Source: Macrostomum lignano (lineage: Eukaryota). From it: a DNA stretch of 26,196 bases. Below are positions 9,762 through 18,600 of the stretch, piece by piece (position 1 is the first letter of the stretch; every line of letters starts with the position of its first letter). The stretch lies in assembly GCA_002269645.1 (NCBI GenBank), contig NIVC01005107.1, positions 1 to 26,196 of the forward strand, written 5' to 3'. Both the position numbers and the translations under genes were made by a program. The notes under the pieces are model-generated. The model had not been told where the DNA came from, searched no databases, and was given only the letters and a program-made list of their open reading frames with translations.

Positions 9762-10636
9762 AATTGATATCGAGTCATTAACACCGCGTTCACAGACAAC
9801 GCATCTCGACGGTATGAATTTGTCCCTGTGTAACTTTTAAAGATTGTTTCTAAATAGCTTGTACGTTTACTGTTGATCTCGCGATATTTAACGATTTTCG
9901 TCAGTCAATCAGGTGTATCATGCTGGTTTTGAATTTACTCTCTTGGCAACTTAAATAGTAGACTTTTTGTAAATAATTTTGTCTAAACATTTTAGCGGCT
10001 TTTATTTAGCATTTGCATGCCGACTTTTAAGTAGAGTAGATAGACCGCTTATATTTATCGATTGCTTTTGACAACACAGCTAAAAATGTGCATTAGCCTA
10101 CTGCTAGTAGCGTACTGTGTGCTTTATAATACTTTCACCCGAAAATGTCGGGTGCTACGCAAATTGCTTGAGTATTTAGATTTTGAAAATATTACTTTTT
10201 CGGCTCAGACATAAACTGGTTAACTCTTTTGAACATTTGACAATACACGCAAACGCAAGATAAGATGCGAGAATTGTGCACTATGAAGAAAATATCAGAA
10301 GAGTGCTTTTAAAATTTAAAACGTATTTTGAGTCCAACAACAATAATGGATATTTGATTATGAGGGTAATATTACCAAAGCTCTGTTGTCAGGAGCGTCG
10401 CCAACGGGGGGACAGGGGGGACATGTCCTATTGCAGCTATATTGGCTTGCTAGACTATTTGTCGCTAAAACGCAAAATTTTTTCAAAATATTTCATTTAA
10501 ACACAGTGTTCGACAAAAAGTTTTTTAAATAGATTTTTTGGGGGTAGCGTTTAATATTAATCAGAGTGTTCCGACTGTCCGCTCAATTAGTTAATAAATC
10601 CAAGCCTTGTTTCAATCTTGATTCATGGAGTGTCGA

Positions 10637-12264
10637 TCAGATCTTGTTATCGGTGGTAGAGGTGGTCTGGTTAGTAGCTTTGCTGTTGTTTGTGCACTTG
10701 GTAGTCGCGGTGTTGGCCTTAGGCGATCCTTTGTCGCGCTGGCAGAAGATAGTTTGGATCACTGCCAGCCGGATTTGCCGATTGCTCAGGTGCACCAAAA
10801 TGATGACAGCCGAATGCAGGTGAGCCAGCCAAGTTACGAACAGGTGAACCCGGGGCGGAACCACAGTGTTGCTGACGTCCACCAGAATGACAACAGTGTA
10901 GGGTATCCAGCAGACGCAGAAGGCTACGATCATAGCCAGCAATGTACGGCAAGCTCGTGCTGTCTCTCGCCAGACAGCGCTTGGTCGAGGCGTTGGCTTG
11001 TCCAGATGAGACGTGACGGCGGCGAGAAGGCGAAGCTTTGTAGAGTGAACCTTGACTAGGACTTTTATATTAGCGGCCAGCATCAGAGTCAGCGGGAAAG
11101 AGATCAGACCGACGCCGACAAAGAATGTGTACGACGAGGACGCCGTTCTCTGCCAAGCGCAGCTCTCGCTTTTCCGATCGTAGAAATGGCCGCCCCAACC
11201 GAGAAAGTTACCAGCCTCGGCTGTCAGGCTCAGCACCCAGCACAGGCAGCACTGCACAATGGCCTTTCGTCGGCTGAATAGGCTCTTGTACATTCGGTTG
11301 TGACAGATGAATACCGTTCTGGATGCGGTGATGCAGCCCAGACTGAAGAAGGCGCAGAAGCAGGCTGTCAGGCACAGCGAAGCGACCAGAGTGCAAAGTT
11401 CAGGTCGCTCAGTCAGATATTTTTCGCCTTTAATGGCAGCTGGAGGGGAAACGGAGACGCTTTTTACATTCAAGTAGCTTCGTTTCGACTGTGTCTCAGG
11501 TACTATGTCAGTGTGTTATTGTGACTCCAGCGACGTGTCTTCTTGGACCTACCAGACTTAAGACTTGATCGATGCATCCTTGACCCACAAAAGACCCAAA
11601 ACTAGCTCCAGTGATGTGTCTTGAATACCCTAAGACCCACGACTCAAGCGATGCATTCTTCAACCGCGCCTAAGACTCAAGACTCCAGTGATGCATCATT
11701 GACCCACCTAAAACACAGGCCTCCAGCAATGTACCATTGACCCATCAAACCCCTAAGACTCCAGCGATGCATCATTGATCCGCCTAAGACCCAAGACGCC
11801 AGGGATGGTGTATCGTTGGCCCACCTAAGACCCAAGACGCCAGGGATGGTGTATCGTTGGCCCACCTAAGACCCAAGACTCCAGGGATGGTGTATCGTTG
11901 GCCCACCTAAGACCCGAGATCAACTGAGATTCGAGCAGATAGGACACGACAGCCAGTTAATTCTGACCTTACATACACTGTTCAATAGCAACAGCAACTC
12001 ACCGACAATGCACAGAGGATCGGCCAGTCCAGTGACGCACAGATCAGCCAAGCACATGTTGGCCATGAACTCCCGGCCAACCTTCTGCACATCGGGCCGA
12101 GCCAACAGGGTAATAAAAATGGCGATATTGCCTAAAAACCCAATGACCATGGCGAGGGAAGTCAGACTCACGTAGGGATAGAAAACAATGGGATCAGAGT
12201 CGATCAGAGCTGGTAGGTGCTCAAAAGCAGTCTCCAGTTCGGTAACCGTATCGTTAGCAGTCAT
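10637..12264 (-). CDS. Class A (rhodopsin-family) GPCR, invertebrate melatonin-receptor-like orphan; join(12264-12003,11439-10637), 354 aa
   Basis: Seven hydrophobic segments; TM1 GFLGN, TM2 NMCLADL, TM3 ...SRTVFICH, ECL2 GWGGHFYDRKSESC, TM6 CWIPY. GTGAG donor (12002) and cctccAG acceptor (11440) join in phase 1. N-glycosylation sequon NDT near the N-terminus. Ligand unknown. Confidence 0.85.
11520..11920. repeat. ~41-bp minisatellite in the GPCR intron
   Basis: CTAAGACCCAAGACGCCAGGGATGGTGTATCGTTGGCCCAC occurs three times nearly perfectly (about 11785-11915), with progressively degenerate copies leftward. Confidence 0.9.
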
Positions 12265-12440
12265 GATGTATTTTTTAAGTTGTTTTACTAGTTTAAACAA
12301 TTAAAAAACGATTTTTACAACTCTTTAATAACGCTAAAACCGCTGTATAGCTTCAACAGGCGAGTTGGGACTCCAACAGTTTATCGGTAGCCAGTGTCAA
12401 AATCTGCAGCGAAAATTTCCAGCAAAGATTCGAGAGGCCC

Positions 12441-12448
12441 TTTATATA
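12441..12448 (-). promoter_or_regulatory. Possible TATA box of the GPCR gene
   Basis: TATATAAAG on the minus strand about 180 nt upstream of ATG 12264; motif and position only. Confidence 0.3.
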
Positions 12449-12820
12449 GCAATTTTTTCGCGGAGTAAATCTTTTCAGCGCAAAGCAGCTTTCCTCCTGT
12501 TAATCCGCTAATTACAAGGTGATAATTGGTTGCCCACGTCGTTTTGAGCATTTCATTTGGAAGAAAACGCCAAATGGATTACTTTATTCTTTGGAATTTT
12601 CCTTCCCAAGGAAATGATTGGCAAAGACAATCTGCTTAGGTCTGATTGGGAAAATCTGGACAAAATTGAAGGTGTTTTCCGTCACAGATGCGACTGTGAT
12701 TTGCGGATTAAGCGTTTTACATCAGGATTATTCCTTTTATAGATGCGAGGATTGACGATTTCATCTCAAAAAAACAAAAATATCAGAAAAGAAAAATATT
12801 TTTAGAATAATTACACCGTA

Positions 12821-13550
12821 GATGAGGCAGATGCAGCTCGACTGGACTATACCAAAGCAGATGCAGCTGAGGCAGATGCAGCTGAGGCAGATGAAGCTGA
12901 GACAGATGAAGCTGAGACAGATAAAGCTGAGACAGATGCAGCTGAGACAGATGAAGCTGAGAAAGATGAAGCTGAGGCAGATGAAGCTGAGGCAGATGCA
13001 GCTCGACTGGACTATACCAAAGCAGATGCAGCTGAGGCAGATGCAGCTGAGGCAGATGAAGCTGAGACAGATGAAGCTGAGGCAGATGAAGCTGAGGCAG
13101 ATGCAGCTCGACTCGACTATACCAAAGCAGATGAAGCTGAGACAGATGAAGCTGAGACAGATAAAGCTGAGACAGATGCAGCTGAGACAGATGAAGCTGA
13201 GAAAGATGAAGCTGAGGCAGATGAAGCTGAGGCAGATGCAGCTCGACTCGACTATACCAAAGCAGATGCAGCTGAGGCAGATGAAGCTGAGACAGATGCA
13301 GCTGAGACAGATGCAGCTGAAGCAGATGAAGCTGAGACAGATGCAGCTGAGACAGATGAAGCTGAGGCAGATGCACTTGAGGCAGATGAAGCTGAGGCAG
13401 ATGCACTTGAGGCAGATGAAGCTGAGGCAGATGAAGCTGAGACAGATGCAGCTGAGGCAGATGAAGCTGAGGCAGATAAAGCTGAGACAGATGCAGCTGA
13501 GACAGATGAAGCTGAGAAAGATGAAGCTGAGGCAGATGCAATTGAGGCAG
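12821..13550. repeat. 15-bp tandem array (GCAGATGAAGCTGAG variants) with four 30-bp variant units
   Basis: Variant GCAGATGCAGCTCGACT(G/C)GACTATACCAAA, with GCTCG at 12836, 13001, 13106 and 13241. Confidence 0.95.
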
Positions 13551-14269
13551 CCAAGGTGCCATAATAAAATAAAGAAAGTGTTCACCAAGTGCAGGTTACT
13601 TCCATATCTACAGGTCCTGTTAAAACTGCTGTTACAGTCCTTAGTAATTTATTCCAACATTGCTACACTGCAAATTGGTTGATCATAAAAATTGAATATT
13701 TGTTATGATGATTCTAAAAGTACAAAACAAAATAGATTTGAGCAAATTAGACCCTAGGGATCACTACACATCTACAAATATTTTCGCTCGGACTATCGGA
13801 TATTTTAACAAAGAATAATACACTCAAAAAGAAACAAACTACTCAAAATTACTACTTATACTCGTAGAAACAATGAAAATAGAAAAGCATATTGCCAAGT
13901 TCAACTTTCAAGGCTTGGACAGATACACTGCCGGTGTCTATGGTCTATGGACAGGACCGAATACTCGTGCAAATACTCATTGACTATACCAAAGTCTTCA
14001 AATTCCAAAATACGAGTAAGCACCCCGAGTGCTGAGAAGACACAAATAAATGTTGATAATAAAATTTAGGCCAATTCTATAATTCTATGAAATTGGTTTT
14101 GTATGAAAATATTGTTTCAGATAAAGCGACAGATATCAAATCGATTTCAGGCCTCTGGGCCTGTCGTCAGCCAGAGGAAATGAGAGAGTAAAAGGGATCA
14201 GATCATGCAGTCCTGAGTCCGGAAGTGAATAAGAAGTAAATCAGGGGTGCCAAGTGGATGTCACGTGCC

Positions 14270-14940
14270 CTGCATCTGGTGTCAGGTACTCTACATTGAA
14301 TGTCAGGTACTTTACATTGAGTGTAAGGTACTCTAAAGTGGGTGTCAGGGACTCTGCATGTACATCAGGTGCTAGGGGCTCTACATCAGGTGTCAAGGGG
14401 CTCTATATCAGGTGTCAAGGGCTCCACATGAGGTATCAGGGGGCTCCACATCAGGTATCAGGGGGCTCTACATCAGGGGTCAAGGGGCTCTACATCAGGT
14501 GCCAGGGGCTCTGATCTACATCAGGTGTCAGGAGGCTCTACATTGGGTTTCAGGAGGCTCTACATATACATTGGGTGTCAGGAGGCTCTACATATACATT
14601 GGGTGTCAGGAGGCTCTACATATACATTGGGTGTCAGGAGGCTCTACATATACATTGGGTGTCAGGAGGCTCTACATATACGACGTACATTGGGTGTCAG
14701 GGGGCTCTGCGTTGGGTGTCAGGGGGCTCTGCATTGGGTGTCAGGGGATCTACATTGGGTGTCATGGGGCTCTACATTGGGTGTTAGGGGCTCTACATTA
14801 GGTGTCAGGGAGCTCTACATTAGGTGTCATGGGATCTACATTGGGTGTCAGAGGGCTCTACATTGGGTGTCAGGGGGCTCTGCATTGGGTGTCAGGGGAT
14901 CTACATTGGGTGTCAGGGGGCTCTACATTGGGTGTCAGTG
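14270..14940. repeat. 21-28-bp minisatellite (GGGGCTCTACATTGGGTGTCA family)
   Basis: Degenerate left flank, 28-bp variant with an extra ATATAC in the centre (about 14560-14700), 21-22-bp units on the right. Confidence 0.9.
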
Positions 14941-15021
14941 TCTCTATAAACCGGATTTGATCGCCAGTCAGCCTCTAAACCGGACACCAGGCTCAAAAAA
15001 TCTTCAGTCAGCTCCAGTCGA

Positions 15022-15660
15022 TCACTCTGCCGCATCAGGCAGAACCTCGATCTCCAGGAAGATGACATTGTCGCGCAGGTAGCAGCACTCATCCGAGCCG
15101 CCCTCTGGCCGCAGCAGTTCGTGTGCCGCGAACTTCGGAAATCCAAAACCGAACGCGGCCGAAGCGTCCCTGCCTGGCCGTTTGAAATGCCGCCAGCTGG
15201 GATCCGGGGTGAAGCTCTCCTCCAGGTGACGCCGCGATCCAGCCGACCCGTCCCTCTGATCCAGCAGTCGCATTCGAATCGGTCGAACGAACGGCCAGTC
15301 CAGAATGGGATCGAACTCCCCAGGTAGCAGCTTCACGTAGAGCGACAGGTAGCGACCTGCGCCGCTGCCGTTTCCGTTGAGAAAGGCGGAGGCCTGCAGC
15401 CGATAGCCCGGTCTGCCAGTGTAGAACGGCACGCTGCAGAACTCCAGCTCCCGGTTGGAAGTCGAGTCTGCCAGCTTCTCGGCGTAATTGTCCACCCGCC
15501 AGACCAGGCGACCAGAGTGCACCAGCGGCAGGTGACGCAGCTGGCGCTTCAACGAGTCCAACTCCCGGCGCTGGGCTCGACCCAGTTCGGCCAGCAAGGT
15601 CACGTGATGCGCTGACGCCGCCGGGTCGCGCTGGTGCCGATCGACGGAGGCTCGATCGCC
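15022..15660 (-). CDS. TRAF4: TRAF4 exon 7 (coiled coil plus MATH domain)
   Basis: 639 nt to TGA at 15024-15022; the acceptor is an AAG after a C11 tract, so the exact start is slightly less certain. Confidence 0.9.
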   Translation of the reverse strand, partial: GDRASVDRHQRDPAASAHHVTLLAELGRAQRRELDSLKRQLRHLPLVHSGRLVWRVDNYAEKLADSTSNRELEFCSVPFYTGRPGYRLQASAFLNGNGSGAGRYLSLYVKLLPGEFDPILDWPFVRPIRMRLLDQRDGSAGSRRHLEESFTPDPSWRHFKRPGRDASAAFGFGFPKFAAHELLRPEGGSDECCYLRDNVIFLEIEVLPDAAE

Positions 15661-18600
15661 CTTGAAGTTCGGGGGGGGGGGCGTCGCAATAGAATGAATC
15701 GAGGAGGACGAAACACTTCAACATTGTGTACAATTTGCGCAAAAGTTAGAAATTCGCTTTCAAATGCATTGTCGAGAGGGACATTCTCTTCAATCTCGAA
15801 TCTCTAGGTATCTTTTCTCTCGATCCAAATTCTAGACCCTTGGTTCCATTCCATGCAAAAGTCCATGTGGGCGTGTGTCTCGTACGAATCCTTACGTATT
15901 GTGTAGTAGCCGAAACCACCTGCAAACTAAGTTAGTGAACCTTCTGGATCAGAGGCTCAGTTCTGCACTTCTTGATCCGGAACCATCTAGACCTGTGTTA
16001 GTGTACATCGTAGCACTAGATCCTCACACTTCTAAATCTCTATCACTAATCCCTTAGGATTATGCAAGCATCTCACCTTGAACTGGCAGCCGCACCATTT
16101 CAACGGACAGTCGATCGGAGGCGCTCCTCGGACTCTGCCACCGTCAAGACATTCAGCGGAGGCCGCCCTCCTCGGCACGGGTGGCGGTGCCTCGGCTGAG
16201 GCTTCCGGCTGCTGCCTTCGCTGGCTGTTGAACTGCGGGTTCACCCCGCCGCTGTCGGGCTTGTCCAGCGTGGACTCCGGGGTCACCGCCAAGTGACTGG
16301 TGCCAGTTCCTGAGGAGTTCTTGCCCACTGCGCTGAGAATGGCCGCGTCGTTTGATGAGGAATTTGACGTTGATGTCGAAGTGTTGTACTGCGGCTGCTG
16401 CTGTTGCTGATGCTGCTGATGATTGCTACTGTGGCTTTGCTGACCAGAAACTGGAGTGGTCACACCTTTCAGTGTGCACTGCTGAATATGAGTCTGTGAG
16501 TGTTGGCAATTTGGTTTGAAGGATTATTAGTATTGGGAATATCTTTATAATGAGCTCTATGGCTTTAGGGATGGGATCTATGGCTTTAGAAATGGGATCT
16601 ATGACTTTAGAGATGGGATCTATGGTTTTAGAGATGGGATCTATGGCTTTAGGGTTGGGATCTACGGCTTTAGGAATGGGATCTATGGCTTTAGGGGTGA
16701 GATCCATTGCTTTAGAGATGGGATCTATGGCTTTAGGGATGGTATCCATGGCTTTAGGGATGGGATCGATGGCTTTAGAGATGGAATCTATGGCTTTAGA
16801 GATTGGATCTATGGCTTTAGGGATGAGATCTATGATATCTGTGGGGTTGGGATGAACTATTTTTCTTCTATGATTTTTTTGTCAGGATTTGGTTTCCTCG
16901 AGCAGGATCGAGTACTCGTTTTTTCTAATTTATGAATAGCAGCTTATGTAGGTGTGACTGAAGTTCGAACCCAGGACCACAGCAGCAGCCATCACAAACC
17001 AACCTGCAGCGTGTCGAACAGGAACCGCTTCCGGCAGAAGCTGCAGCCGACCTCCCGCTTGACGCATTCGTGCTCAGCGTGCCTGGCCAGCTTCCTCCGC
17101 GGAATCCGCAGGCCGCACTTGTTCTCGCACCACACCTGCTCGTCTGGACAGGTGCCTTCGTGCTTCTGAAAGCCAGTTTTTTACAAGGTGTAGGGCTGGT
17201 TACCTGTGCGGGCTATACTAACTATACTACTCAAGACTTGGGATTCGATTGAAAGTTGGCATTCCAATGAGAGATTTTTTGCGTTTCGGAGAGAATTTTA
17301 GATTCAGGATTCAGGATCTGAGATTTGGGATTCAGGATCTGAGATTTGGGATTCAGGATCTGAGATTTGGGATTCAGGATCTGAGATTTGAGATTCAGGA
17401 TCTGAGATTTGGGATTCAGGATCTGAGATTTGAGATTCAGGATCTGAGATTTTGGATTCAGAATCTGAGATTTGGGATTCAGGATCTGAGATTTGGGATT
17501 CAGGATCTGAGATTTGAGATTCAGGATCTGAGATTTGAGATTCAGGATCTGAGATTTGGGATTTAGGATCTGAAATTTGGGATTCAGGATCTGAGATTTG
17601 GGATTCAGGATCTGAGATTTGAGATTCAGGATCTGAGATTTGGGATTCAGGATCTGAGATTTGGGATTCAGGATCTGAGATTTGGGGTTCAGGATCTGAG
17701 ATTTGGGATTCAGGATCTGAGATTTGGGATTCAGGATCTGAGATTTGGGGTTCAGGATCTGAGATTTTGGATTCAGGATCTGAAATTTGGGATTCAGGAT
17801 CTGAGATTTGGGATTCAGGATCTGAGATTTGAGATTCAGGATCTGAGATTTGGGATTCAGGATCTGAGATTTGAGATTCAGGATCTGAGATTTGGGATTC
17901 AGAATCTGAGATTTGGGATTCAGGATCTGAGATTTGGGATTCAGGATCTGAGATTTGAGATTCAGGATCTGAGATTTGAGATTCAGGATCTGAGATTTGG
18001 GATTTAGGATCTGAAATTTGGGATTCAGGATCTGAGATTTGGGATTCAGGATCTGAGATTTGAGATTCAGGATCTGAGATTTGGGATTTAGGATCTGAAA
18101 TTTGGGATTCAGGATCTGAGATTTGGGATTCAGGATCTGAGATTTGAGATTCAGGATCTGAGATTTGGGATTCAGGATCTGAGATTTGGGATTCAGGATC
18201 TGAGATTTGGGGTTCAGGATCTGAGATTTGGGATTCAGGATCTGAGATTTGGGGTTCAGGATCTGAGATTTGGGATTCAGGATCTGAGATTTGGGATTCA
18301 GGATCTGAGATTTGGGGTTCAGGATCTGAGATTTTGGATTCAGGATCTGAAATTTGGGATTCAGGATCTGAGATTTGGGATTCAGGATCTGAGATTTGAG
18401 ATTCAGGATCTGAGATTTGGGATTCAGGATCTGAGATTTGAGATTCAGGATCTGAGATTTTGGATTCAGAATCTGAGATTTGGGATTCAGGATCTGAGAT
18501 TTGGGATTCAGGATCTGAGATTTGAGATTCAGGATCTGAGATTTGAGATTCAGGATCTGAGATTTGGGATTTAGGATCTGAAATTTGGGATTCAGGATCT

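Noticed and set aside
6202-9840. Antisense and off-frame ORFs over the AC tail and over TRAF4 exon 7 (15089-15742)
   Set aside because: Expected shadow ORFs of GC-rich coding sequence.
10385-10430. CAGGAGCGTCGCCAACGGGGGGACAGGGGGGACATGTCC resembling a MITE terminus
   Set aside because: No matching inverted terminus or target-site duplication found in the window.
12557-12742. 61-aa ORF upstream of the 15-bp array
   Set aside because: No recognisable motif and no convincing in-phase splice link to 12806; probably promoter-region sequence of the GPCR gene.
12821-13270. Repeat-spacer appearance suggesting a CRISPR array (also 340-905)
   Set aside because: The spacers are identical to each other, there are no cas genes, and the context is eukaryotic.
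12761-13682. QMKLR, CLSFI, PQLHL and ASASS repeat ORFs in the track
   Set aside because: Alternative frames of the 15-bp array with non-ATG or arbitrary starts; only the acidic frame was kept as a speculative finding.
14254-15082. LGVRG/GCQGA repeat ORFs; also 16426-16855 and 18913-19524
   Set aside because: Minisatellite translations.
15654-16083. TTCAAGG direct repeat at both ends of TRAF4 intron 6, suggesting recent intron gain
   Set aside because: The intron position matches the recalled vertebrate exon 6/7 boundary, so it is probably ancient and the 7-bp repeat a coincidence.
16951-16985. Isolated B-box-like GGGTTCGAAC on the minus strand (similar at 143-152)
   Set aside because: No matching A box or cloverleaf; too little to call a tRNA or SINE.
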